64,000 bases of DNA from an uncultured Actinomycetes bacterium (GCA_963842975.1 CAWJIH010000007.1:109-64108); one strand, 5' to 3'. Shown: positions 49,861 through 62,300, counted from the stretch's first letter. Notes: generated by a model not told the origin, from the letters alone. Translations and numbers: made by a program.

Positions 49861-50256
49861 ATGGCTCATGTGAACTTCGACGGCCTAAACCTGTGGATCA
49901 CGCTGACCAAGCAGGAACGCCGCGCCATCCACATGCCCGAGTTCGTCGTGGGGCGCGCGAACATCGCCGACGTGGAGTACGTCACCGACATGTGGTCGCA
50001 CGTGCGCAGGGACTTCGGTGTGCGCGGCATCGGGTACCGACGCGTACTGCTGTGGGGATCTGCCTACGACGACTTCGGCCGGGACTTCTGCATCCTCGAC
50101 GAATCCGAGCGCGGTCTGATCATCTACCTGCGCAAGCACATCCATACCCGGGTGATGCTGTCGCTCCCTCCGAGCGAAGCGTGGCCGATATTCGCCCGGC
50201 TGCGCGAAGTGGTAGCTGAAGACGCTCGGCAGCGCCACATCCGGTCGTCTGGCTGA
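49861..50256 (+). CDS. Small hypothetical protein, possibly bacterial PH-like fold
   Basis: 131-aa beta-rich ORF with typical codon pattern; IADVEYVTDMW..VR...RG.G. Confidence 0.6.
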   Translation: MAHVNFDGLNLWITLTKQERRAIHMPEFVVGRANIADVEYVTDMWSHVRRDFGVRGIGYRRVLLWGSAYDDFGRDFCILDESERGLIIYLRKHIHTRVMLSLPPSEAWPIFARLREVVAEDARQRHIRSSG

Positions 50257-50264
50257 CGACTTTG

Positions 50265-50387
50265 TTGGACGCCGGATCTGACGCGCGACTACGACGACGG
50301 CGGTTTGGTCGATGTCAATCACGTTCCTGAGGAGTACCTCGTGTCGCATCTGGGATTGCCGCCAGAGCAGGCCCGCTCGATCATCGA
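50265..50387 (+). repeat. ~123-bp partial duplicate of 49534..49657 (HhH-coding segment)
   Basis: Near-identical sequence TTGGACG...TCGATCATCGA. Confidence 0.9.
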
Positions 50388-50445
50388 TGCGCCGCGAGAA
50401 GACCTGCCGTCGTGCGAGGCGTCAACCGGACTGCGGCGGACGCGG

Positions 50446-51700
50446 CTACTGCCTTTGTCGTAGCCACTCCACGACCACCTCGGCCTGGCTAAGCTCACCG
50501 GCATAGGGGAGCTCCTCAGTTGGCAGGCGGTGGCCGCTCGACGCCGCTGCGAACCGGTTGGCGACTTTCTGTCGATCAAGCACGTTCCAGAGCAAGTCGG
50601 GGGCAGTTTCAAGCAGTGCCCGTAGCCGTCGACTAGCGTTCTCTTCCACGAACGACGGCGGTCTTCGCAAGGTCCCCATAGCCGGAGAGTGCGGTGGGCG
50701 ATGGCGGTTCTTGGACACCAGCCTCGGCTAAGACGGGTCCCATCAGACCGGGTCCATGGGCGCTGGCAAAGCGCTGATCCGGCGGTGTGTCTAGGAAAGC
50801 TCGGATGACCTCGGGGTGCAGAAGTGGATAGCGCAGCTCAATCCCGAAGTGGGCAGCGAGACGGCGCCGAACGGCCAATCGCCTGAGTCTCTGCGGTGGT
50901 GGTTGGCCCTCGAGGATGCCGGCGATCCCGCAATCAGAAGCCCTGGCCCGCTGAGCGATGCGCTCCCGAGCGCCGATGAGGTCGAGGTCAAGAACTACAT
51001 CCTCGCGCACAAGGGAGAAGCCCAGGTCCTCGCGTCGGAGTTGTACGTCGCGTCTACGAGGTGCCGAGGTTCGCCTGATCAGTCGGCGGGCGCCCGTCCC
51101 CACACGCCTCGCCCTGGCACTTATGGCGTCTCGCGCGATCGGGGACCTTCCGGCCGACACACCAGGCGCTGGGCGCCCATCGACAATTCCGGCACCGTCC
51201 GCGCAGATCAGCGTCTTGAACCCTTGTCGCTTGCATTGCCCCAGCCACCAGAGCATGGGTAGCCACTGGTGATCCACCGGGTGGCCGATGATGCTCACTC
51301 CCAGGCTGTACCAATGTGGCCACATACCGTCCCACGCAGTCAGCAGATGAGCCTGCGTGATTCCAGCGCGCGAGAGGGCAATCAGAATCTCAGGGACGGC
51401 TCCGGTACCAATGGCCGAGCCGAAAGCCTGGGCATTGCCGAGACTTGATTCCCGGGTCACCAGTAGCGGCAGGAGCGGTGCCCACCAATGACGTATCTCG
51501 AACGCTGGGGAATCGGCATCCCAGCAGTCCAGTACCGAGGCGCGCAGGATTCCCTGAAAGTCAGCCGCCTGCGCCTGACCCGGGGAGACTACATCAAGCC
51601 CCGAGTAGTCGCGCGCTTCCGGAAGGCACGAGTGCGTGGAGTCTTCTTGCGCCCTGAAGATGAAAGACGCTGTGCACGCCTCGGGGCTGCGGCACAACAC
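50446..51700 (-). pseudogene. Divergent asparagine-synthetase/lasso-cyclase-like C-terminal domain, frameshifted
   Basis: GIELRYPLLHPEVIRAFLDTPPDQRF. The tail RLRALLETAPDLLWNVLDRQKV...VEWL parallels VERVMEEAPGVLLDLVDAGKL...AWL of the neighbouring gene. Confidence 0.55.
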
Positions 51701-51703
51701 AAC

Positions 51704-51862
51704 TCAGGTCGGTGATGGGCCAGCGACTGATTGCTTGCGCCGTGAACGTATTCAGTGCCTGTTGAGTATTTCGCCCTTTTGAGCCTGCTGGCTGTGAAGA
51801 AGTGGCGTCAGCGTAGGTGACACCCACGCACCACCGGGTTTACTCATACCGGGTTTACTCAT
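51704..51862 (-). other. Candidate RiPP (lasso-type) precursor ORF
   Basis: MSKPGMSKPGGAWVSPTLTPLLHSQQAQKG... carries a WxxPxL leader-like motif. The frame stops at 51752 and resumes to ...VAGPSPT*. Speculative. Confidence 0.3.
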
Positions 51863-51902
51863 TTCGTCTCCAGTACATTTATATTTCGCGTCCAGTACAT
51901 TT
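51833..51902. promoter_or_regulatory. AT-rich direct-repeat region between divergent genes
   Basis: ACCGGGTTTACTCAT twice in tandem (51833..51862); ATTTCGnnTCCAGTACATTT twice with a 22-bp period (51861, 51883). Confidence 0.6.
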
Positions 51903-51937
51903 GAAGTTGAAGACACTACCACCGAAGAGGCGGGCCC

Positions 51938-53812
51938 ATGTTCGCTGGCCACATTGGGACTCAACTGGGATCTGGACTCCCTCATGCGGAAACAACATCA
52001 CACGTGGCTACAGTCGTCGCCCGCCACTTCACCGGCGCGGAGGTGCATTCCTGGGGTTCAGGGGAAGGGGCAGTTGCCACTGTCCGCGGCATTCACCGCG
52101 CAACTGAGGCCACTGGTGGTGGCTTTGAGAAGTTGAAGGCGCCCGCCGGCGGTCGTGTTGTCGTGGGGTGGATGCGACTTGATACCTGGCCTGCAACGAC
52201 CGGCGCCGCGGCCGGCATGTTAGGTGAGGCCGTCGCTCTGAGACGGTACGAAGCAGCGGGTGCCCACGCTGCGAAAGGCCTCGTCGGGGACTTCTCCTTC
52301 GCCGTGTGGGACCTTGAGGCTCGCACGTTGCTTCTTGCCCGTGATCGGCTGGGTATCCGGCCGCTCTATTACAGCGTGGAAGGCGGGGCCGTGAGTTTCG
52401 CCGCCTCCGTTTCCGCGCTGCTAGATTTGCCGGGCGTCGGTCGTCGTCCCTCACAAACCTGGATGGCGAAGTACGTTCTGGGTGCCCATGGTTCGCCGAC
52501 TGAGACGCCCTTTCCAAACATCAAGTCGGTGCCGCCCGGTACGTCTCTGCTCATCGATCTGCAGTCGCGTCGGGTGGTGCAGGTAGTGCCCGACGGGGGT
52601 TGGGACGCCGATTCACCGTGGTCCGGTCGCCGGGATCCGCGGTGGCCAAAGCGACTGCGACAAGCGCTTGGCACCGCGGTGGCGGATCGCCTGAACACTG
52701 AGGGTCCAATCTGCGTGGAGCAGTCCGGCGCCCTTGATTCCGGGACAGTCCTGGCGGTCGCTTCGGAACAGTTAGGGGCTCAGCGCACGCGTCTTCACGC
52801 CATGTGCTTCGCGGATGAACGGCTGGAGCCTGAATCGGAGATTGCCATCTGTCAGAAGGCTCGAGTGACCTCGACCCATATGCTTTTTGAGTTTGAGGAA
52901 GACGAATACAGGTCTCTCTCGCTGCCATGCCTGGGCGTTCCGACGCAGTCAGGGATGGACCAATTCACCCGAACCATGAGTGAAGCAGTCGTTGCACAAG
53001 GGGGCCGCACCCTGCTGTCCGGGTTCGGCGGGGACGAGGGCGTCTCAGCGCCGGTGTCGCGTGCCTTGGTCGCCGAAATGGTCGCCCGGCGTCGGCTCCT
53101 TGGATCACTGGGTGCGCAATTTGGGCATCCAGTACGCGGGCTGCAACAGTTGGCTGCACAGTGGCGAGCGGAGTTGGGATACGGCCAGACCCACAGGACA
53201 TGGACAGGCGACTTGGAGATCCGCGCCTCAATCCTTGGCCAAGACGTTGTCCAGATCCCCGAAGTTGCACAAGCATATGCGTCGACGAGGGCCACCTGGG
53301 CATGGCGAGGTGAGTCCGTAAACGCAAGAGTCATCAAGCGCCTTCAGGGCGCTCACGTCAGCAACCGAACCGTTGAGTGTTCACTTGTGGCCGCCAAGTT
53401 AGGTGTGGAAATGAGTTGGCCGCTCCTGGACGCGCGGCTAATCCAGCAGTATCTTTCGACCCCGGCCATCGAGAAGGCCAACTTTAGGCGCGACCGGCTG
53501 CTTATGCGCCGATCGGTCGCGGATCTATTGCCGGGCAAGGTCGTGTGGCGCCGCGGCAAGAACATGGGTGCCTACATTCGGGACTACCCGGCAAGTGGGA
53601 TCCAACGGGCGGTTGCCGCGAGGGTGGAGAGGGTGATGGAGGAGGCGCCAGGGGTCCTTCTTGACCTCGTTGATGCGGGCAAACTCCGACAGGCCGCGAA
53701 GCTCTCGACGCAGGGCGACGCTTTGTTGATCCGCCAAGTCCGAAACCTCGACCGCGCGCGGGCATGGCTGGCCTGGCTGGATGCGCTCCCCCCTTCTCCA
53801 AGCCTGAGGTGA
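51938..53812 (+). CDS. Asparagine-synthetase-like protein, lasso-peptide cyclase type
   Basis: GDFSFAVWD...LARDRLGIRPLYY, SGALDS, LSGFGGDE and PLLD; no N-terminal catalytic Cys. Confidence 0.85.
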   Translation: MFAGHIGTQLGSGLPHAETTSHVATVVARHFTGAEVHSWGSGEGAVATVRGIHRATEATGGGFEKLKAPAGGRVVVGWMRLDTWPATTGAAAGMLGEAVALRRYEAAGAHAAKGLVGDFSFAVWDLEARTLLLARDRLGIRPLYYSVEGGAVSFAASVSALLDLPGVGRRPSQTWMAKYVLGAHGSPTETPFPNIKSVPPGTSLLIDLQSRRVVQVVPDGGWDADSPWSGRRDPRWPKRLRQALGTAVADRLNTEGPICVEQSGALDSGTVLAVASEQLGAQRTRLHAMCFADERLEPESEIAICQKARVTSTHMLFEFEEDEYRSLSLPCLGVPTQSGMDQFTRTMSEAVVAQGGRTLLSGFGGDEGVSAPVSRALVAEMVARRRLLGSLGAQFGHPVRGLQQLAAQWRAELGYGQTHRTWTGDLEIRASILGQDVVQIPEVAQAYASTRATWAWRGESVNARVIKRLQGAHVSNRTVECSLVAAKLGVEMSWPLLDARLIQQYLSTPAIEKANFRRDRLLMRRSVADLLPGKVVWRRGKNMGAYIRDYPASGIQRAVAARVERVMEEAPGVLLDLVDAGKLRQAAKLSTQGDALLIRQVRNLDRARAWLAWLDALPPSPSLR

Positions 53813-53867
53813 CGGCGCGCCGGGGCGGAGTTCCGTGGAAATTGGGGAGTAGGGCGAGGTGAGCGCC

Positions 53868-54440
53868 ATGAGTCTTGATCTGCCAAAGGACTACACCACC
53901 TCGCGTGACGTGGAGTTCAGAGTCGAACCCGGCCTCTCCTGGGATGAGAGTGGCGGCACGCTGAATCTGTACCCCACGGATTCGTTCCCGCAGTTCCTGA
54001 ACATCGACATCCCCACGTCAAAGGCGGCCAAAGTGGTTGCCACTGTCACCCAACCCAATTTCGATGTGGAGACGTCCTGGTTGGGTGGGGGCGTGGCCGT
54101 CTCGAACGTGGGGAATGGGTCGGGAGTCATGCTTGTGTGCGAGCCAGGCGGACCGATGGCCGTGATCGACCTCGAGAGTTACGACACGCTCACCAATGCC
54201 AATGGTCGGTGCTCCGAGTCTCAGAAATCGCCGCCTACACCCCCTAGACCTGTGCGGCGGCATCGCGCTCGTGGTCCACGGGAACCGACGAGTCGGTGGT
54301 GTTGCGGTGCCGACCTGCCGCCCGAGCAGTGCCGAAGTCCCGTTGGGCTCCGATGTGGAATGTTCGCAGCCGTCCCGTGGTTGAAACGCCCGGCTGCATC
54401 TCGACCAAGCCGTCGCTCAGGCCTACGAGGTCGAGCTTGA
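53868..54440 (+). CDS. Hypothetical beta-rich protein, C-terminus probably frameshifted
   Basis: Starts 55 nt after the cyclase stop; protein-like for ~115 aa, then low-information sequence. Confidence 0.45.
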   Translation: MSLDLPKDYTTSRDVEFRVEPGLSWDESGGTLNLYPTDSFPQFLNIDIPTSKAAKVVATVTQPNFDVETSWLGGGVAVSNVGNGSGVMLVCEPGGPMAVIDLESYDTLTNANGRCSESQKSPPTPPRPVRRHRARGPREPTSRWCCGADLPPEQCRSPVGLRCGMFAAVPWLKRPAASRPSRRSGLRGRA

Positions 54441-54929
54441 CCGATGGGCCCGCGACGACAGCGCTCCGTTCCTAGACCGTGACGCTATTCGCACCCGACT
54501 CGAGGACGAACTCCTCGTGCTCTGCCGGGGGCTGGGAACCTGGGCCGCCGGCCGACCGGAGCAGATCTTCTCCCGGATCGACAAAGAGGAGCGCCGCCGG
54601 CGCAACGGATTTCACGACGAAGGGGGTTGGTGGGACTAACGACCCTGCACCGAGAACCCCCGGGTTTGCAGGCCCTACACCTGCTTGGCGTTCTGTTCGG
54701 CAACTGCCATCTGCCCCACCTCGTCGGTTCCGGCTCTATGTTTGAGGGACGATGGCACGAGTAGTGCCAGGGCAGAATGCTGCCGCACAGCAGGATCTAT
54801 TCGGCGCTGCCTCGGCTTCCCACCGGCGTAGCCCGAGCAATGCGGTTCCCACGCGTTGCACACACCGCCGCTACGGTGAATCACAGGGGTTCCGGCCGCA
54901 CCGGAGGTACCCCGGATCGGAGGGCCGAC

Positions 54930-56555
<1,626 letters not shown>

Positions 56556-56596
56556 CTACGACGGAACCCACGCCGCTCCTGCACTACCGTGACGTC

Positions 56597-57463
56597 ATGA
56601 ACGATCAACCCAGCGCTGCCCGCCGTTTCGTCATGGTGCCGAAAGTCGCCCACCCCTGGTACCAAGAGGTGCTCCTCGGGGCCCAACGGCAGGCAGATGC
56701 GATGGCAGCGGAACTGCGCCGCCCCATTGAGGTGGAGTACCTGGCCCCCGATGAGGCCACGGTTTCGGCCCAGCAACAGGTGCTTTCGGCGGTCGTGGAA
56801 TCGCGGCCAGCAGGGGTGATGATCGATCTTGTGGAATCGGCTGATCACCTCCCGGCGATCGCCCGGGCTGGGGAACTTGGCGTCGCGGTGGTGGTCTTCG
56901 ATTCCCCGGCCCCCGAACCGGGCATCACCGGAGTTGGCAACAACTTCGCCGAACAAGGTGAAATCGCCGCGCGTAGGTTGGTCGAACTGCTCGATGGCGT
57001 CGGTGAGGTCGCGGTGATGCAGGGGGTCCCGGACGCACCCAACCATCGGCAGCGGTACCAGGCCCAGTTGGCGGTACTCGCAGAATCCCCGCAGATCACG
57101 GTGGTCGACGGCGGAGCGGATCATGACGACATCGCGTTGGCGCAACGCGAAGCCGCAGCGGTGTTGCTGGCCCATCCGGAACTTCGCGGCTACCTGGCCT
57201 GTGATGCCTCTGGGCCGATCGGCATCGCCGAGGCCGTCGTCGCCGCCGGTCGGGCCGGTCAAGTGACGGTGGTCGGCATGGATTCGATCCGACCCATCGC
57301 GGCAGCGGTGGCCGAGGGAGTCTTGGAATCGTCGGTGGCCACGATCCCGCAGATGCAGGGTGCGATGGCGGTGCTGAGCTGGGGCCTGTGGGGGAAAGAT
57401 TCTGGACGAGTCCGTGATGCCGCCGAGCATGCGCGGGTCGGGTCGGCCACGATATGTCAATGA
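56597..57463 (+). CDS. Sugar-binding (Peripla_BP_4) fold protein without a signal peptide
   Basis: MVPKVAHPWYQEV, VVVFDSP, GNNFAEQG, NHRQRYQA and VVGMDS; TACCGT-N6-ATG. Confidence 0.8.
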   Translation: MNDQPSAARRFVMVPKVAHPWYQEVLLGAQRQADAMAAELRRPIEVEYLAPDEATVSAQQQVLSAVVESRPAGVMIDLVESADHLPAIARAGELGVAVVVFDSPAPEPGITGVGNNFAEQGEIAARRLVELLDGVGEVAVMQGVPDAPNHRQRYQAQLAVLAESPQITVVDGGADHDDIALAQREAAAVLLAHPELRGYLACDASGPIGIAEAVVAAGRAGQVTVVGMDSIRPIAAAVAEGVLESSVATIPQMQGAMAVLSWGLWGKDSGRVRDAAEHARVGSATICQ

Positions 57464-58476
57464 CCAGGTTCGCAGTCTTCGACAGCAAGTCCTACGATCG
57501 CCAGTCGCTCGGCCCTGAGGCTGAGGCCGCCGGTGTCACCATTCGCTTCTACGACGACCGGCTCAACGAGGACACCCTTCCGCTGGTGCGCGGCTTTGAC
57601 GGGGTGTGCGCCTTCGTCAACGACCGGATCGACCGGGAAGTCATTGCCGGGCTTGCGGAGGCCGGGGTTGGCACCATCGCGATGCGCTGCGCCGGATTCA
57701 ACAACGTGGATCTGGAGGCGGCCGCCGAATACAACATCCGTGTCACTCGGGTTCCGGCCTACTCACCCTACGCCGTCGCCGAGCACGCAGTGGCCTTGCT
57801 GATGGCGCTGAACCGCAAGGTAACCCGTGCCAACGCCCGGGTGCACGATATGAACTTCACTCTCGACGGCCTAGTCGGCTGGGACATGCACGGCAAAACC
57901 GTGGGCCTCATCGGCACCGGCAAGATTGGCAAGATCGCCGGGCAGATCTTCAAAGGATTCGGGATGCGGGTTGTGTGCTGGGATCCGTATCCGGACCACG
58001 TGTGGGCGCAAGCATCGGGCTGCGAGTACGTCACCCTTGATGAGTTGGGGCGAGTAGCGGACGTCGTCAGCATCCATGTGCCGCTACTGCCGGAAACCGA
58101 TCACATCATCAACGCGTTGACACTCGCCGAGTTCAAGCGTGGCGTGTACCTGATCAATGTCAGTCGTGGTGCTTTGGTGGACACCAAGGCCCTGATCAAG
58201 GCGCTGAAGTCCGGCCACGTCGCCGGCGTGGCGCTGGACGTGTACGAAGAGGAAGAGGGCAAGTTCTTCGAGGACCTCTCCGGGCAGGTCATGGTCGACG
58301 ACAACCTCGCCCGACTGATGACGTTCCCCAACGTGCTCATCACGGCTCACCAAGCGTTCCTCACCCACGAGGCGCTCGACGAGATCGCTCGGGTCTCCAT
58401 TGAGAACATGCGCCGCTTCGCAGCCGGCGAGGAAGCCTTGCCGGACACCCTCCTTGGGCCACATGGTCCGCTCTAG
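57454..58476 (+). CDS. ldhA: D-lactate / 2-hydroxyacid dehydrogenase
   Basis: MRCAGFNNVD, AYSPYAVAEH, GLIGTGKIG, INVSRGALVD, LDVYEEEE and TAHQAF. Confidence 0.92.
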   Translation: MSMTRFAVFDSKSYDRQSLGPEAEAAGVTIRFYDDRLNEDTLPLVRGFDGVCAFVNDRIDREVIAGLAEAGVGTIAMRCAGFNNVDLEAAAEYNIRVTRVPAYSPYAVAEHAVALLMALNRKVTRANARVHDMNFTLDGLVGWDMHGKTVGLIGTGKIGKIAGQIFKGFGMRVVCWDPYPDHVWAQASGCEYVTLDELGRVADVVSIHVPLLPETDHIINALTLAEFKRGVYLINVSRGALVDTKALIKALKSGHVAGVALDVYEEEEGKFFEDLSGQVMVDDNLARLMTFPNVLITAHQAFLTHEALDEIARVSIENMRRFAAGEEALPDTLLGPHGPL

Positions 58477-58512
58477 GCCGTAGTTGGAACGCGCACTGGG
58501 TGGTGGTGGTTC

Positions 58513-59277
58513 TCACTCAGGTCGTTGCGCGATGAAAAACTCATACGCGTAGAAGTCGGAGTAGCGGCGGTGGGTGGCTGGCTCTTGTGCGAGTTCCTGG
58601 AGGATTTCGGTGGCCTCCGGGTCGTCGCTGTAGACACTCTGCAACTCAGCGATCCGTGACTCCATCGGCGTGTAGAAGTCGTCCCACCACGCCTCCTCGG
58701 GCAGCGTGAAGTGGTCGATCACGGTGAATCCGCAGTCGTGAACGGCCGCCAGATCGTCGGCCAGCCAACCCATCGTTGGATAGTCCAGATCAAATGTCGC
58801 CCGAGCTTCCGGCGGCGGATTCGGCTGTCGCCAGATGGCATCGGTGAAAGCCAGGTAGCCGCCGGGTCGCAGCAGGCCGTGGCACACGGTGAGGGCTTGG
58901 CGCAGGCCAATGCTGTACAGGGCGCCTTCGGACCAGACGAGGTCAAAGTCGTTCGGCAACGTGGCGGGGTTGGCCATGTCGCCGACCACCGCCGTGACCC
59001 GGTGGGAGAGGCCGCGCTGCGTCGCACCTGCGGCTAGTCGAGCGATGCTCGGAGCGTGGTTGTCCAACGCCACGATGGTGCCGGCGGTCAACTCAGCCAG
59101 ATGGAACGTTTGCCGTCCAACGCCGCAGCCGAGGTCCAGAATCTTCGGATCGCCGGGCAAGTCGCGACACGACACAAGTGCTTGAGCCGCGCTTTCTCGG
59201 TTGCCGGGGCCCTGTCGAGGCAGTGCCTCGTACACCTCGAAGAAGATGTCCCAGAATCGCGGACTTGGCTCGGTCAT
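58513..59277 (-). CDS. Class I SAM-dependent methyltransferase
   Basis: LPRQGPG, ILDLGCGVG, FDLVWSEGALY and LRPGGYLAF. Confidence 0.9.
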   Translation of the reverse strand: MTEPSPRFWDIFFEVYEALPRQGPGNRESAAQALVSCRDLPGDPKILDLGCGVGRQTFHLAELTAGTIVALDNHAPSIARLAAGATQRGLSHRVTAVVGDMANPATLPNDFDLVWSEGALYSIGLRQALTVCHGLLRPGGYLAFTDAIWRQPNPPPEARATFDLDYPTMGWLADDLAAVHDCGFTVIDHFTLPEEAWWDDFYTPMESRIAELQSVYSDDPEATEILQELAQEPATHRRYSDFYAYEFFIAQRPE

Positions 59278-59309
59278 GGGGCCTCTGTCTGATCGGGGCT
59301 CAGTAGCCT

Positions 59310-62300
59310 TCAGTTGTACATGTCCACGTCGTGCGCTGTGGTTGCCACTTGATCCGGGATGGGTGGTGGCCACAGAATGTCGGGCTTGGATCCGGTGAAC
59401 AACCGCAGATGTTTCTTCTCGACCTGCGGGCCGAAGTCGCAACGGGCGGAGAGGTCGACTCCACGATTCATGTCCGCAGCCAGGGTTTGGATCACGCTCT
59501 GCGTAGGGGTCTGGAGGTTGTGCGACATGCGCGGAGGGGCATAGGTCAAGGTGTGCATCTGCTGCCTGGCCCGGTTTGCTGCCTGGCCCTCATCCGACCA
59601 GAGATTCACCGAGAACTGGGTAGTCCCATTCAACGCACCGGCAAGGAAGTCGCCCCATTCCGGACGCATGAATTCCAGGTCTGCTCCTTCGTCAAGCAAG
59701 TCCGTGGCTTCCGCCGCGTATTCACTGTTGATGGGCACCAACGCGTGATGTACGAGCGTGTCTTGGTTGGCATAGATGTCGGCGGCTTTCGAACGCAGGA
59801 CATGTTCGGCGGCAGCCGGTTGCAGTTGGTCTTCTCGGAGCAGCGTGAGCATCAGGTTGCGGTAGCCATTTGGTGTGGCGGGGGAGTCCATGTCGAGCTG
59901 GTGAACGACCGCCGACGTGTCTTCAGCGTGCTGACGCTCCAGGAAACGTTCCAGCAGCACGTTGAAGGCGCGAGATCGCCAGCCCGCTCCTGCAAGTGAC
60001 CTCATTGCTGCAGATTTCAGCCGCGAGAAACCAGCTTCGTCGTCGGGATCAGGAACTGCGACGTCGACGCAACTGGGCAGCGTCGCCTGCAAATCGGCGG
60101 CTGGCCGACCGGAGAACCAGGCATCCCGCGGCTGCCAGGGGTCGTGGACGGCATATCCGAGAATCTCGCCCCAATCGACTAGTTGCTCGTACAGTCCGGC
60201 GAGTCGACGCTCGGCGGTCATCGCCTCCCGACACTGCCGCACCGCGTCGCGCTGCTGATGCAGCAACAGTCGTGCCTGAGCCAAGAAGCGTGACCGTCGT
60301 CGGTAGTACTTGAGCAGCACGACAACCAACCAGATGGCTATCACCGCGCCGACAATGAGCGAAATCGGAAGCATCGGCAAGGCGATCACCGTGGACAGCG
60401 GCCCGGCCAGCAGCCACAACACCATCGATAGGAATAGCGAGACGCCAACGATCGTGAGGAACCGATTTGCGAATTGGTTGCGCGCCCGGCGCAACTCCTC
60501 GGCATCAACTTCGGGGACGCTCAGCGCCACCTCGCGGAAGCGCTCGGCATCCTCGCGCGCTTCGATGGTGCGGGTCTGGACTCGGTTGGCTAACCGCCAC
60601 ATCAGCGAGTTCTCGCGATTCCGAACCCAGGCCACAAGATGATCCTGCTCGCGGCGGTAGGTCGCGGCCTGCTGTTTGTGAGCTTCGATATCGGCCTCGA
60701 TTTGAGTCAGCCGGGTTGCGGTAACTGGGCGGGGGGCGGCCACCTCGGCCGCCGGCTCGGCCGCCTCGGCTACTGGTTCGGCTGCCGGCTCGGCTGCCGG
60801 CTCGGCCGCCGGCTCGGCCGCCACCTCGGCCGCTGGCTCGGCCGCCACCTCGGGGCTTTCCTGCGCCTGCGTGTCCGAGGCAGGCATTACGGTGGTGGTC
60901 GCAGTGCCGCCGGTCAACGCTTCTGCTCGCGCTACTTCAAGTGCCTCCAGCCGCTGCTGCTCACGTTCCCAGGCTTCGGTCAGTTGGTCCCTGAGCCACT
61001 CGGCCCGCCACGATGCCACCGACGGCACGATCAGCGAGTCAATCCCCAGCTGGCCAGCCAGATCGTTCAGTTCCTCCGACGTCGGTGCCCACGGGTTGGG
61101 TGGCGGGACCACCAGCGTGGTCGACGGCATCACGATTCGTTGGCCCGCAACCACCGGAGTGGGAACCGGATCGGGAATGGGCGACCCATCGAGCAGACCA
61201 AAGATGGTTGCGCGCAGAACTCGCCACAACTCCGGAGCCGCCGGAGGAACGCCACCTTCGACAGCATCCAGAGAGCGTTCGGCTTCAATGGATTGCCGTT
61301 CGAAAGCTTCGGTGAACCTGGCCACCTCCGGTGCTTCACCGAACACATGGACCTCCATGTGGCCACCCTCGCCGGACATGATCTTGGTGGTCTTGGCACC
61401 CACTCGGGCAAGCGTCCTGCGAAACAGAAAGCTTGGCACGGCCACGATCTCCCGGCCGGAGAACTTCAGGAAGCCGCCGAGTGCTGCGAACAGGCCGTGC
61501 CGGTCCGAACCTGGTTCCGGCAAGGCTGCTGGAGTCGCATAGAAGATCCGGCCGCCGTCCACGGTGTCGAGGGCTTCAAGGGTGCGGTCGAGGTGGAGAC
61601 TCGGGTCGCTCACCGGCACGATGTCTTTGGCCATCAGCGCGTTCTTGTCTTCGAATCGCAGTTCGGCCATGGCGGTCGCCAGTACTCGTCGCGCGGTCGG
61701 AGCGCTCGCGACGATGCGCGCATAACCTCGGATCGGCTGAACGAAGTCCGACTGCGACATCGAGGAGTCTTCGGTCGTCTCCCGCAGCACCTGCACCGGG
61801 CCCTCGGGCATTCCCGACCAAAGCCCACCGACTATCGCGCATTGAGCCATCGCCCAATTCACAAGATTGTCGCCGGGCCGCACGAACCGGTCCATCTGGT
61901 CCGCGGCGCGGCGATCTTCGGGACTCGCGATCAAGTTGGCGTGGTACGCGCGGCTCGCGACGGATTCATACGGAACGCCGGACATCCCGGTGGGCCCGGT
62001 CAAGAGGTTGACCAGCAGCACGGTGACCGGGTTGCTGGCATCGGCCGGAACCAGCGCTTCCGGCCGGGCCCGGCGCAGTGCTGGGACCAGCAACTCGGCC
62101 GCTGCCAGCTGCGCGGTATCCACCGGCTGATCCGGGTCGCTGACCTGCAGAATCACCACCGTCAGCGTGCGCAGCCGGGCCCGCGACAGCATCGCGAAGG
62201 CATCCACCTCGGCTGCTTGCCCGCGGTCGAGCAGGACACCGCGGGCTTGCACCCCGCCGTAGGTCGAAGGTTGGACATTCTCCGTGGGCACCCACAGAGC

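Noticed and set aside
50446-50718. PqqD/RRE (lasso B1) gene
   Set aside because: The sequence parallels the C-terminal tail of the neighbouring cyclase, so it is better read as the frameshifted end of 50633..51700.
51938-53812. Housekeeping asnB
   Set aside because: Lacks the N-terminal catalytic Cys of the glutamine amidotransferase domain.
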